Made by a program: the position numbers and the translations under genes. Of a stretch of 64,000 bases of DNA, positions 11,050-21,390 are shown piece by piece. Location: contig JAHHIK010000017.1 of the NCBI GenBank assembly GCA_019358935.1, forward strand, positions 31,656 through 95,655, written 5' to 3'. Positions within the stretch are counted from its first letter, which is position 1. Each line of letters starts with the position of its first letter. Under the pieces are notes generated by a model. The model ran no database searches. It saw only the letters and a list, made by a program, of their open reading frames with translations, and had not been told where the DNA came from. This DNA comes from Tolypothrix carrinoi HA7290-LM1. GTDB lineage: Bacteria; Cyanobacteriota; Cyanobacteriia; Cyanobacteriales; Nostocaceae.

Positions 11050-11643
11050 ATGAACCTTCCTTATCAACTTGGTCTGGCAACTGTGATTTCGACAAAAGAT
11101 AAAGAAAACAGCTTTGATATTTATTCGCGTTTGCTGGCAGAGCGAATTATCTTTATTAAAGGCGAACTTACCGAAGAAACAGCTAACCTAATAGTTGCCC
11201 AAATGCTGTTTCTAGACCATGAAGATCCAGAAAAAGACATCACTTTATATATCAACAGTTCTGGAAGTTCAATAACGGCGGCAATGGCAGTTTATGATAC
11301 TATGAGCCAAATTAGAACAGATGTATGTACGGTTTGTATTGGTAATGCTTCTGCAATGGGAGCATTCTTGCTTTCCTCAGGAACTAAGGGTAAAAGATTA
11401 GCTTTGCCAAATGCGAGAATTACGATTCGTCAATTATCAGGAAGCAGCGAAGGAAAAGCGACTGATATTGAAGTAGCAGCGAAAGAAATTCTATATCTAA
11501 GAGAATCAGTTAATCGGATATTTGCTGCAAATACTGGTCAATCAAAAGAGCAAATTGATAGTGATTCGGAACGGGACTTTTTTATGAGTGCGGAAGAAGC
11601 ACTCATTTACGGTTTAATTGACAGCATTATTAATAAAACATAG
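11050..11643 (+). CDS. ClpP-like subunit, predicted non-catalytic
   Basis: DIYSRLLAERIIF, DITLYINS and ERDFFMSAEEA match ClpP, but the catalytic Ser (AASMG) reads ASAMG and the His (IHQP) reads IRQL. Confidence 0.85.
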   Translation: MNLPYQLGLATVISTKDKENSFDIYSRLLAERIIFIKGELTEETANLIVAQMLFLDHEDPEKDITLYINSSGSSITAAMAVYDTMSQIRTDVCTVCIGNASAMGAFLLSSGTKGKRLALPNARITIRQLSGSSEGKATDIEVAAKEILYLRESVNRIFAANTGQSKEQIDSDSERDFFMSAEEALIYGLIDSIINKT

Positions 11644-11660
11644 TAAGTAAAAAGCGTTAT

Positions 11661-12401
11661 ATGAGTATTTTCTGTTTAGTTCACGGCTTCGGTCAAGGTG
11701 CGTGGTGTTGGGATCTGTTAATTCCCGAACTCGAAGCGCAAGGACACAAAGCTGTAGCGATGGATTTACCAATTGAAGATCCATCCGCTAGTTTGTCTGA
11801 TTTTGCTGATGCAGTGCTGCAAGCGCTTCCTAAAGACGAAGACGATATTATATTAGTTGGTCACTCAATGGCTGGTACTGTTATCCCGATTGTTGCCAGC
11901 AAGCGTCCTGTACGTAAACTTGTGTTCCTCGCTGCGCTGATTCCATACCCAGGAACTAGTACGGTTGAACAGTTTTATGAAGATGTACCTGATATGATGA
12001 AGGCAGCAGGGTGCGATCGCCCAGAAGAAAGTAAGTTAGAAAAGTTCCGTGATGAACCTGATATGTACGAACCTGCTTCTCTGGGGAAAAATCCTTCAGA
12101 AAGCGAAGCAGTAGCAATGGAGTTTTTCTTTCACGACTGTGAACCAGATATAGCACGTTGGGCAGTTTCCCAAATGCGACAGCAGAAATCAATGGCATAT
12201 GCTTTTGAGGTCAGTCCCCTACAAGCTTTGCCTGATGTAGAGTGCGCGTATATTGTCTGCGTTGATGAGCGGATACTTTCTCCTGCATGGTCGCGTTATG
12301 CTGCACGCAAGCGCTTGGGAGTTGATGCGATAGAATTACCTGGGGGACATTGCCCGCATTTGTCTCGTCCGGCACACCTTGCATCAGTATTGTGTAGATA
12401 G
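11661..12401 (+). CDS. Alpha/beta hydrolase
   Basis: LVHGFGQGAWCW, GHSMAG nucleophile elbow, GGHCPH. Confidence 0.9.
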   Translation: MSIFCLVHGFGQGAWCWDLLIPELEAQGHKAVAMDLPIEDPSASLSDFADAVLQALPKDEDDIILVGHSMAGTVIPIVASKRPVRKLVFLAALIPYPGTSTVEQFYEDVPDMMKAAGCDRPEESKLEKFRDEPDMYEPASLGKNPSESEAVAMEFFFHDCEPDIARWAVSQMRQQKSMAYAFEVSPLQALPDVECAYIVCVDERILSPAWSRYAARKRLGVDAIELPGGHCPHLSRPAHLASVLCR

Positions 12402-12692
12402 AAAATGGGATTTTTGTAATTGAGTTAGGACTTACGCAAAAGTCGTCGTCACCATTGAATTTATGTAGGGGCAATTCATGAATTGCCCCTACTCATTCCT
12501 ATGAGTAATAAAAACACCTCCAAGTCACGACTCGGAGGTTTCCTGCGTTCAGAACTTCGGTGGAATGTCTCTACAATATGTGTGATTTGCGCTCCCATGA
12601 TATAAGTTGAATATAGGCGATCGCTAACTTTTATTTTGCACGAGGCAATTTTAATTGCCAAAATGTGAACACAAATACTTTCTCTTCAGTTT

Positions 12693-13145
12693 ATGCGTCG
12701 CTTCGTTACTTATATTATAATTTTCCTACTTTCGCTCTCGTTTATTACACTGTGGATGCCGTTAGATGATACTGCTTGTAATGCAGAACCTTTTATGTCA
12801 TCAAAAAGGCAAAAATTTCAAGTACATGCTACTAAAGTTATTGTTGAACCGTGGCTTGGCGAACACCACGTATATGGTATATTTATGGTTCCAGATAAAT
12901 ACAAGGAACCGCCATTCTTTATTTTAACAGTTAAACATCTTGGCAGCTTCTGCGAAAAGCCTTTTGGCAATAGTCAATTCTATGATGATATTTTGGCGGA
13001 ACCGGGAACGCATCTCATTAGAGATTACATCAGAACTCGACTGGCTCTGCGATTAATTATCCAAGGAAAGTATTTCCAACTCAATGATAAATATAACTGG
13101 AGTTTGACTTATCCGGAAGATAATTCTGCTAAGGTTAATAATTGA
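12693..13145 (+). CDS. Hypothetical exported protein
   Basis: 150-aa ORF with N-terminal hydrophobic segment. Confidence 0.65.
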   Translation: MRRFVTYIIIFLLSLSFITLWMPLDDTACNAEPFMSSKRQKFQVHATKVIVEPWLGEHHVYGIFMVPDKYKEPPFFILTVKHLGSFCEKPFGNSQFYDDILAEPGTHLIRDYIRTRLALRLIIQGKYFQLNDKYNWSLTYPEDNSAKVNN

Positions 13146-13250
13146 CTGTAGAAATGCTTTGTGCGTGTACTTGATAAAAATATCACAACAATTCTTCAAG
13201 TTGGAAAAAGTTTTGGAACCGACCAAAATACAATATTTAATCGGCATGAC

Positions 13251-13588
13251 ATGATGGATGTAATATTGCGCGTAAATAGCGAAACGCATTCTCTTTCATC
13301 TTGAAAGAATGCGTAACTTTATTTGACGCGCTTCGTGAGTATATTGGTTTGACAGGCACGAAAAAAAGTTGCAATCATGGTGCTTGCGGTGCTTGCACTG
13401 TGTCGCGATCGCTTTCTGTGTCATTTAGTCAAGCACTTCTCGCCACCGCTCCCGCACAATTACGGAATATGGCTTCGATTGGCGGCAATTTGTTACAATT
13501 GACTCGTTGCGGTTATTTTCGCGATACTGCTTTAAGACGCAACAAGCGTGTACTCAATTCCGGGTGTCCGGCAATTGAGAAGTATTAA
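13251..13588 (+). pseudogene. Chimeric remnant of xanthine/aldehyde oxidoreductase 2Fe-2S subunit (PaoA/YagT-like) joined to FAD subunit (PaoB/YagS-like)
   Basis: MDVILRVNSETHSL then a frameshift, then VTLFDALREYIGLTGTKKSCNHGACGACTV (2Fe-2S), abruptly followed by SQALLATAPAQLRNMASIGGNLLQLTRCGYFRD (FAD subunit). Confidence 0.85.
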
Positions 13589-13927
13589 TGTCGAAAATAT
13601 CGGCTTTCTGCGCTCGAAGTTGATTGCGGCTTAGATTTTCGTAGTAAGCGCACAGAGCGCTTTTAAGCACGAAGAGTGCTTACTACGAATAAGACTTAAT
13701 GTCGAAAATATCAGATGAATGCAAAACGTCAACGTGTATCAAAGACTGTTTATTCTGTATCAAAGACTGTTTATTCTGTGTCAAACACTCCTCAACGGTA
13801 ATAAAAAGACTGCAACCGTCGTAAAGACGTTCCGCACCGAACCTCTCTACAATATGTGTGAATTACCGGACATAATATAACTGCCAGCAACCCTGCAAAC
13901 AAATTACATATCTGAGCCAAACTCAAT

Positions 13928-15043
13928 ATGAACGAGTTACAAGCAATTCTCAACGCCTTCGACGAAAGCCAAAAAAACGGTGAAACCTCATACCTAGCAA
14001 CTGTAGTCAACACCAAAGGCTCAACCTACCGACGTCCGGGTGCAAAAATGTTGATGACAAATACCGGAAAAATAATTGGTGCAATTAGCGGTGGTTGCTT
14101 AGAAAATGATGTCTTTCAACATACTCGCCAAAACATGCACTTCTTGGAACCGATTGTAGTCACCTATGATAACACTGCCGATGAAGATATCGTCTGGGGA
14201 TTTGGGCTGGGCTGCAACGGCGTTGTGCAAGTACTTATCGAACGCTTGGACGTGGAAAGGAAAGTTAATGCGATCGCATTCATTGCTCAATGCTTAAATA
14301 ATCAACAGCGCGGCGTTATCGCTACCGTCTTCAGTGTGGAGGATGCGCTGAATGTCAAAGTCGGCTCACGCCTAATTCTTAATTATGATAATAGTGTCAT
14401 CACTGATATCGAACAAGCAAACTTAACAAAACTTATTATTCAAGACGCTGAAGCTGCCCTTTACAATCAGCAAACAACAGTCAAAAAATATCAATTATCA
14501 GGTAGCATAGAAGTTTTAATCGAAGTCATCCAACCACCAACACGATTAATTATATATGGTGCAGAACGCGATGCTGTGCCTGTAGTTAATTTTGCCAAAG
14601 CATTGGGGTGGGATGTTACAGTAATAGATTGCCGATCGCATGAAGCAACAACAGAACGATTAGCGATCGCAGACAAAGTGATTCTCACCCGTCGGGAAAT
14701 AGTCCACAAAGAAATAGCTATAGATGAAAACGCGATCGCTGTGGTGATGACACACAATTATCTCGACGATTTAGAAATTATGAAAACGCTTTTACCATCA
14801 CCCGCACGTTATATCGGTATTTTAGGACCCAAGCAGCGCACAGAAAAACTACTTCAAGATTTAGAAGCAGAAAAAATAACTTATAGCAAACAACAACTAG
14901 AAAAATTATACGCGCCAATTGGCATCGATACAGGAGCAGATACCCCCGAAGAAATAGCTCTATCAATCATCGCCGAAATTCAAACAGTTTTAGCAAAACG
15001 TAGTGGAGGCTTTTTAAGAAACCGCAATCAACCAATTCATTAA
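13928..15043 (+). CDS. xdhC: XdhC/CoxI family molybdoenzyme maturation factor
   Basis: GSTYRRPGAKM, ISGGCLE, GLGCNG, MTHNY, YIGILGP, APIGID, TPEEIALSI. Confidence 0.92.
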   Translation: MNELQAILNAFDESQKNGETSYLATVVNTKGSTYRRPGAKMLMTNTGKIIGAISGGCLENDVFQHTRQNMHFLEPIVVTYDNTADEDIVWGFGLGCNGVVQVLIERLDVERKVNAIAFIAQCLNNQQRGVIATVFSVEDALNVKVGSRLILNYDNSVITDIEQANLTKLIIQDAEAALYNQQTTVKKYQLSGSIEVLIEVIQPPTRLIIYGAERDAVPVVNFAKALGWDVTVIDCRSHEATTERLAIADKVILTRREIVHKEIAIDENAIAVVMTHNYLDDLEIMKTLLPSPARYIGILGPKQRTEKLLQDLEAEKITYSKQQLEKLYAPIGIDTGADTPEEIALSIIAEIQTVLAKRSGGFLRNRNQPIH

Positions 15044-15072
15044 ATTTTCGTAGTAAGCACTCTTCGTGCTTA

Positions 15073-15471
15073 CTACATTTTTTTCTCAATAATTTCATAA
15101 CGTACCAACCTTCTCACATCCTCACCAGACAATCCTAACTCTTGACTAATTGCCATTTCTACCTGACTTAACTCTGTAAACGCAAACTCAAATTTTAACT
15201 CTTTTAAAGTTGAATTTGCCGTCTTAACTGTCACCGTAGAAAAACCTTTAACCTTGTTAATTTCTGCCTTAATTGATAATGTAATTTTCGGAGCTTTTTT
15301 TGCTAATTGAATATCAGCACGCAAATATTTATCCGTATTCAAAGAACGATTCAACAATTTCTCCGTAACAAATCCACTCCCTGCCCAAAAAGCAAGTCCC
15401 AACAAAGGTAAAAGAAGCCAAAACTCCAATCCTAAAGCACGCAATATTTGAAACCATCTAGCTTGTAGCAT
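15073..15471 (-). CDS. Hypothetical membrane-anchored protein
   Basis: MLQARWFQILRALGLEFWLLLPLLGLAFW...; the upstream extension of the called ORF is STRR-derived. Confidence 0.7.
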   Translation of the reverse strand: MLQARWFQILRALGLEFWLLLPLLGLAFWAGSGFVTEKLLNRSLNTDKYLRADIQLAKKAPKITLSIKAEINKVKGFSTVTVKTANSTLKELKFEFAFTELSQVEMAISQELGLSGEDVRRLVRYEIIEKKM

Positions 15472-15472
15472 A

Positions 15473-15700
15473 CTGGGGACAGGGGAGTGGGGGAGTGGGG
15501 GAGTGGGGGAGTGGGGGAGTGGGGAGTGGGGGGACAAGGGGGATTTTCTTTAGGGAAAAGGGAAAAGGGGAAGGGGGAAGGGGGAAGAAAAATATAATAC
15601 ACGTATTCAAATAACTCTTTATTTCCATACCTTTACCCTTTCCCCTTTCCCCTTTCCCCCTCTTAAAATTGCCCATTGCCCAATGCCCAACCCCAACGAG
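15473..15700. repeat. STRR-type G-rich/C-rich tandem repeats
   Basis: GGGGAGTG and GGGAAAG arrays, plus the complementary CCCTTTC array. Confidence 0.85.
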
Positions 15701-15727
15701 TAATATTTAATTGTACCGACCTAAGAA

Positions 15728-16411
15728 ATGTTAATTTTACTAGTAGAAGACGATCCAGCACAATTAGAACCATTGCGTGCTGCGCTGATTAAAGCAGGAC
15801 ATATTGTTGATGCAATTGAAGATGGAGAAACTGCTCAGTGGTTGATATCTCAAAAAGATTATGACTTGTTAATTTTAGACTGGATGCTGCCTCAAGTGAG
15901 CGGGATTAAGCTTTGTCAAGAATATCGACGAATGGGAAAAACTGCCCCAGTGTTGATGCTGACCGCTAAAGATACCACTTCAGATAAAGTTATCGGTTTG
16001 GATGCTGGTGCAGACGATTATTTAGTGAAACCAATTGATATTATTGAACTTTTGGCAAGAGTGCGAGCATTAGGAAGGCGATCGCCACAATGGATTGGCG
16101 ATACACTTAGTTTGGCTTCTTTACATCTTCATTTAACCAACCTAACTATACAACGCCATCAAGTAACAGCTCAACTTTCTGGTCGAGAATTTCAACTTAT
16201 GGAATACATGATGCGTCACCCCCGTCAAGTTTTATCTCACACTCAAATTGAACAATCACTCTGGGGATGGGGAACAGAACCTGAAAGCAACGCTGTAACA
16301 ACATTAGTACGCAGACTGCGGCAGCGTTTGCAAACAGTTGGTGCAAAAGATTGGTTAGAAACAGTTTACGGTATGGGATACCGCCTCAACGTTCCGGAAA
16401 ACAATGTTTAA
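15728..16411 (+). CDS. OmpR-family response regulator (RppA-like)
   Basis: LLVEDD, ILDWMLP, LTAKD, GADDYLVKP, winged-helix ETVYGMGYR. Confidence 0.92.
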   Translation: MLILLVEDDPAQLEPLRAALIKAGHIVDAIEDGETAQWLISQKDYDLLILDWMLPQVSGIKLCQEYRRMGKTAPVLMLTAKDTTSDKVIGLDAGADDYLVKPIDIIELLARVRALGRRSPQWIGDTLSLASLHLHLTNLTIQRHQVTAQLSGREFQLMEYMMRHPRQVLSHTQIEQSLWGWGTEPESNAVTTLVRRLRQRLQTVGAKDWLETVYGMGYRLNVPENNV

Positions 16412-17633
16412 TCGCAGTCGTCGTAACCTGGCTAATTTGTTCGCATTCTCAATGGGGAGCATCCTCATTGTTTTTGCTGGAGTCGGTTATTATCTTGCAG
16501 CGAAAGAGCAACTTCAGGCTTTTGATGATGCGCTGTTTGCCAAAAGTAAAGCGATCGCACAGAATGCACAAGTTAAGCAAAAGTATATTTCTGTTTTAAG
16601 CAATCAACTATCCCCGCTCAATAGCGACCTCGTATATGTCCGGTGGTACAATGCCAACAAACAATTAGTAGAATTTACTGATGCTAATGCTGACAAAATA
16701 TTAACTGTTGCCCCTGGTTATCAAACTATCCAAACAACTGCAAAAAAAGAATCGCTCCGGGAGTTAACGTTGCCAGTTATACAAGGTAAGGTGATAATTG
16801 GCTATTTGCAAACTGCAACTTCTGTGTCTGCTGTACAAAAGAGTTTGAATAGATGGCGGTTATTTTTGACACTGGGAGTGCCAACAACTTTAAGTGTAAT
16901 TGGCATTACAGGCTGGTTTCTGGGGGGACTTGCCATGCAACCGACCCGTCGAGCTTACGAGCAATTGCAACGTTTTACGGCTGATGCTTCTCATGAATTA
17001 CGCGCTCCTGTGGCAGCGGTTTTAAGTAATGCTCAAGTAGCATTAATGCCACCATTTGATGAAGCAGAGCAGCGTTTTCGCTTAGAAAATATTGTGGAAA
17101 TTGCCAAATCAATGAGTGTGCTAATTGGTAATTTGCTGTTTCTCTCTCGTCATAACGGATCGTTAGACACTGCAAAGTTAAAAAATATTGATTTGGTTGA
17201 ATTAGTGCGATCGCTCTTAGATAACTACCAACAACAAGCAACTGCACAAAACCTGACTTTCTCTGCTCAACTACCAGAATTACCCGTAAACGTGAAAGCC
17301 GATGCAGATTTATTAAAACAGGCGATCGTCAATCTACTCACCAACGCTTTTAAGTATACCATTACTGGTAGTATTCAAATACGGCTGTTTACACAATCGC
17401 ATCGAGCGATCGTTCAAGTAGAAGACAGCGGAATCGGCATCCCGGAGGAAGATTTACCACATATCTTTGAAAGATTTTACCGTGTAGATACCGCACGAGC
17501 GCGTCAAACTGGTGGCTTTGGATTAGGATTAGCGATCGCTCAACAAATTATACAAGCGCACAAAGGGCAAATCACCGCAAAAAGTCTGTTTGGACAAGGT
17601 TCCACATTTCAAATAGAATTACCAAATGGGTAA
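16404..17633 (+). CDS. Two-TM sensor histidine kinase (RppB-like)
   Basis: [13 protein letters not shown]-box, [30 protein letters not shown]. Confidence 0.92.
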   Translation: MFNRSRRNLANLFAFSMGSILIVFAGVGYYLAAKEQLQAFDDALFAKSKAIAQNAQVKQKYISVLSNQLSPLNSDLVYVRWYNANKQLVEFTDANADKILTVAPGYQTIQTTAKKESLRELTLPVIQGKVIIGYLQTATSVSAVQKSLNRWRLFLTLGVPTTLSVIGITGWFLGGLAMQPTRRAYEQLQRFTADASHELRAPVAAVLSNAQVALMPPFDEAEQRFRLENIVEIAKSMSVLIGNLLFLSRHNGSLDTAKLKNIDLVELVRSLLDNYQQQATAQNLTFSAQLPELPVNVKADADLLKQAIVNLLTNAFKYTITGSIQIRLFTQSHRAIVQVEDSGIGIPEEDLPHIFERFYRVDTARARQTGGFGLGLAIAQQIIQAHKGQITAKSLFGQGSTFQIELPNG

Positions 17634-17895
17634 TGGGGAATTGGGCATGGGGAATGGGGAATGGGTAATGGGTAATGGGTAATCGGTTATCGGTTATCGG
17701 TAATCGGTTTTCTCCAATTCGCAATTCGCAATTCGCAATTCGCAATTCCCAATGCCCAATTCGCAATTCGCAATTCGCAATTCGCAATTCCCAATTCGCA
17801 ATTCCCAATGCCCAATTCGCAATTCGCAATTCGCAATTCGCAATTCCCAATGCCCAATTACCCATTACCAATTACCAATTACCAATTCCCAATTC
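17628..17895. repeat. Long mixed STRR heptamer array (ATTCGCA, CCCAATG, TTACCAA)
   Basis: Tandem heptamers visible directly in the sequence. Confidence 0.9.
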
Positions 17896-18022
17896 CTTGA
17901 CATTATTCTGTCATAGTTACCCATCACACTAAGAAATAACAACACCTGAGAAGTCTATGATTTACTCAACATAGACAAAGCTTAGGTTGATTAAGTGAAA
18001 ACTTAGCAACTCCCTAACAGCA

Positions 18023-18187
18023 ATGCTCAAGAATGGATTTGTACACGCTGCGGTGACTGCGGCTACTATAGCAACTTTCCTCGCTGCCGAGGCTGACACA
18101 ACAAATATACAACATAGCAGCCGTCAGAACAAAAAGCGGCAAAAAAATAAGATAAGCGCTTTGAAAAAATTGAAGTATAAAAGGTGA
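18023..18187 (+). CDS. Possible 54-aa small protein
   Basis: MLKNGFVHAAVTAATIATFLAAEADTTNIQHSSRQNKKRQKNKISALKKLKYKR; its stop overlaps the next gene's start (GTGA). Confidence 0.35.
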   Translation: MLKNGFVHAAVTAATIATFLAAEADTTNIQHSSRQNKKRQKNKISALKKLKYKR

Positions 18188-19404
18188 CTGCTCAATTGAA
18201 TAAAAACCAAGCAAATTCTTGGTTACATGCTGGGTTGGTGGCTGTCTTGGTTTCTCTGCCTACAGCCTGTATGCAACCAAATCGCGTTGAAGCTCAATTC
18301 AATTCTACATATGTAGATGTGCAAAATTTGGTCAATTTGGGACCGCGAGTTGCTGGTACACCAGTTATGGAAAAAGCTAGCAGCTACCTAATCGATCAAT
18401 ACCGCAAAGCCGGCTACATCACCGAAATTCAGACTTTTACTTATCAAAAGTTTGTAGATTTAGGTTCAAACCTGACTGTCGATAATGTCACAATTGAAGG
18501 GCAAGCGCTGAATGGTTCAATTCCTGGCAAGTTAAATGCACCGTTGGTTGCAGTTCCCAATGTTGGACGAAGCGCTGATTTTGCCGCAGTCAATGTTAAA
18601 GGTGCGATCGCTCTAGTCAAACGCGGTGAAATTCGCTTTTCCCAAAAAGCTGAAAACGCTGCCGCAGCCGGAGCAGTTGGTTTGATAATTGTCAACAATC
18701 AACCGGGAGATTTATATGGTGGTTCCCTCGGTGGTGAAGCAAAACTTCCTGTATTAGGGCTTTCGGCGGAAAAAGGTAATCCCTTAATTGCCCGAACACA
18801 AAATACACAAGTTAATCTAAATGTCAATGCTCAACGACAAATTGTTACTGGGCGCAACGTCATCGCTCATCTTCCAGGTGTGACTCAGCCGAAAGCGATA
18901 CTGGGCGGACATTACGACTCAGTAGCAGGTTCACCAGGAGCAAATGATAACGCATCCGGGACAGCAGTAGTATTGGCGATCGCTCGTAATTTATCTAACA
19001 CACCTCAAGCGCGTCAAATTTGGTTCGTTGCCTTCGATGGTGAAGAAGACGGTTTACACGGTTCGCGGGCTTTTGTCAACGCAGCTCAACCACAATTTCT
19101 CTCAGGCTTAAAAGGCATGATGAACTTCGACATGGTAGGCATTAATAACCAACTTGGTATTGGCGGTACATCATCATTAACCTCATTAGCTCAAGCCTCC
19201 CTTCCCCAGATTAAAACCTTTGGTTCCACCAGAGGCAGCGATCATGCATCCTTTGCCGATAAAAATGTACCCGTCCTCTTTTTTTATCGAGGTTCAGAGC
19301 CAAACTACCACACACCGAACGATAAAACAATAGATCCAAAACTGCTCGATCAAACCACTCAAGTAGGATTAGATATCGTCAAGCGATTGCTCAAAACTAA
19401 CTGA
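18184..19404 (+). CDS. M28 aminopeptidase with PA domain, probable lipoprotein
   Basis: Lipobox-like PTAC, PA domain (GAIALVKRG...KAENAAAAGA), GHYD, GANDNASG, EEDG, DMVG, SDH. Confidence 0.9.
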   Translation: MTAQLNKNQANSWLHAGLVAVLVSLPTACMQPNRVEAQFNSTYVDVQNLVNLGPRVAGTPVMEKASSYLIDQYRKAGYITEIQTFTYQKFVDLGSNLTVDNVTIEGQALNGSIPGKLNAPLVAVPNVGRSADFAAVNVKGAIALVKRGEIRFSQKAENAAAAGAVGLIIVNNQPGDLYGGSLGGEAKLPVLGLSAEKGNPLIARTQNTQVNLNVNAQRQIVTGRNVIAHLPGVTQPKAILGGHYDSVAGSPGANDNASGTAVVLAIARNLSNTPQARQIWFVAFDGEEDGLHGSRAFVNAAQPQFLSGLKGMMNFDMVGINNQLGIGGTSSLTSLAQASLPQIKTFGSTRGSDHASFADKNVPVLFFYRGSEPNYHTPNDKTIDPKLLDQTTQVGLDIVKRLLKTN

Positions 19405-19572
19405 TTCGTGAGTGAGGAAAAAAACGCAGGTCTTCAATATTTGTCAGAACTTACACAAAAACTCTCTCAAACTCTTATACCTCTGTGTACTCCGCGTTCT
19501 CTGCGGTTCGTTTTTCCCTTACCTGTGCCCAAGTCCTATTGGTGTTGAATTCATCTTCAAATTAGGAATGCA

Positions 19573-20358
19573 ATGTCTGCTTTATCCTTAAAAAAATCTC
19601 TCAGCAATTTGTCTCTAATTTCTCTTGGTGCAGTAGCCGCAGTCTTCGCAGCACAAATTGTACCCACAAATGCAGTACCATCTCAACAGCCGATCGCTCA
19701 ATTGCCAACAACCAGCAACACAGATACTAACTTTATAGCCGCTGCTGTCGAAAAAACTGGTTCAGCAGTAGTGCGAATTGACTCAACCAGAACCATCTCA
19801 ACTCGATATTCGAGTTATGGAAGGCGGGTACGGGGAACAGGTTCCGGCTTTATCATTAGATCCAACGGTTTAATTTTGACAAACGCTCACGTTCTTGGTG
19901 GAGCCGACACAGTAAGAGTAACCTTAAAAGATGGTCGTAACTTTACCGGTCGAGTCTTGGGGCAAGATAGACAAACCGACGTCGCAGTAGTTAAAATCCA
20001 AGCTAACAATTTACCCGCTATCAGCATCGGTAATTCCGATCGGATAAAACCAGGAGAATGGGCTATCGCGATCGGTAATCCTTTAGGTTTAGACAACACC
20101 GTTACAGTCGGCATTATTAGCGGCACAGGTCGCTCCGGTGGTATAATTTCCGCAGCAGGTAGGCGAGTTAACTTTATTCAGACCGATGCTGCGATTAACC
20201 CAGGCAATTCCGGCGGACCACTCTTAAACCAACAAGGGCAAGTCATCGGCATCAATACTGCTATAATTCAAGGCGCTCAAGGATTGGGATTTGCGATTCC
20301 GATTAACCAAGCCCAGCAGATAGCCAACCAACTGATTGCCAGAACACCAATTCAATAG
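19573..20358 (+). CDS. HtrA/DegP-family (HhoA/HhoB-like) trypsin protease lacking a PDZ domain
   Basis: [33 protein letters not shown]; the protein ends right after the protease domain. Confidence 0.88.
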   Translation: MSALSLKKSLSNLSLISLGAVAAVFAAQIVPTNAVPSQQPIAQLPTTSNTDTNFIAAAVEKTGSAVVRIDSTRTISTRYSSYGRRVRGTGSGFIIRSNGLILTNAHVLGGADTVRVTLKDGRNFTGRVLGQDRQTDVAVVKIQANNLPAISIGNSDRIKPGEWAIAIGNPLGLDNTVTVGIISGTGRSGGIISAAGRRVNFIQTDAAINPGNSGGPLLNQQGQVIGINTAIIQGAQGLGFAIPINQAQQIANQLIARTPIQ

Positions 20359-20457
20359 TGGGGAAAGGGGAAAGGGGAAAGGGGAAAGGGGAAAAGGTTA
20401 AGAAAAATATGCACCTTTCCCTATGAAAGTGTATTCATTTTCTGGCTGATACCATTT

Positions 20458-21234
20458 TCACAAAACAAAGGTTTCAGCCGCATGTACTGCCACAGCGATC
20501 GCATTCAGTACGGCAGTATCTTTCTGTTCTAAAATCACATTTTCACTCTTGGTACGCTGGGCAACTACACCACAAACAGCAGCAGCTGCAAATTGATATA
20601 CTCCCGCCATCTTGAAAAGCGTACCACATTCCATTTCATAATTCAAGACATTTAAACGGCGATATTCTTCAGTGATGCCATCAAGCGATCGCATTAAATA
20701 AGGATTCGCCGAATCAGTGCGTTCCTGTCCTTCATAGAAAGTATCCACCGATGCCGTAATCCCCATATAATGCGAAATCTCTAACTTGCGTGCAGCATTA
20801 ACCAACGCTACCGTGAGAAACGGATCGGCAGCTGCGGGATACTCCACAGGTGCAATATCATTTGCTGCACCTTGCCGACATAATGCCGCACTGCTAATTA
20901 CAACACTACCGACAGTTATATAAGGTTGAATTGAACCGCAAGTACCAATGCGAATAAATTGCCGGATTCCTACTTGCACCAACTCATTTACCACAATACT
21001 CAGAGAAGGCGCACCCATACCACTAGTAGCAGATAAAACGGGGCGATTATTTGGCAAATATCCTACATAACTATTAAGTCCGCGATTCTCCGACAACAAA
21101 CGCACATCCTGCAAATAACTTTCAGCAATTAAACGAGCGCGTTCCGGATCGCCAGATAATAAAGTTATATTCGGAGGCTGCGAACCTAAATCATCTTGCC
21201 CAAAGCCAATGTGATATAAGCGGTTACTTGTCAT
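20458..21234 (-). CDS. udp: Uridine phosphorylase-like nucleoside phosphorylase
   Basis: GDPERA, GMGAPS, RIGTCG, DTFYEGQER, YEMECG. Confidence 0.85.
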   Translation of the reverse strand: MTSNRLYHIGFGQDDLGSQPPNITLLSGDPERARLIAESYLQDVRLLSENRGLNSYVGYLPNNRPVLSATSGMGAPSLSIVVNELVQVGIRQFIRIGTCGSIQPYITVGSVVISSAALCRQGAANDIAPVEYPAAADPFLTVALVNAARKLEISHYMGITASVDTFYEGQERTDSANPYLMRSLDGITEEYRRLNVLNYEMECGTLFKMAGVYQFAAAAVCGVVAQRTKSENVILEQKDTAVLNAIAVAVHAAETFVL

Positions 21235-21390
21235 AGGTAAATTATATAGCTCGTAGTAAGCGATTTATCGCTTAATTTGGGCACTTTAGTGCCCACTACG
21301 ATCTCTTATACTACATTATGTATTACAATAAAGATAGTTACCCCTCATGCGGTGACTGATTGTCATATCACTCATCAAAAGGAAGTCTAT

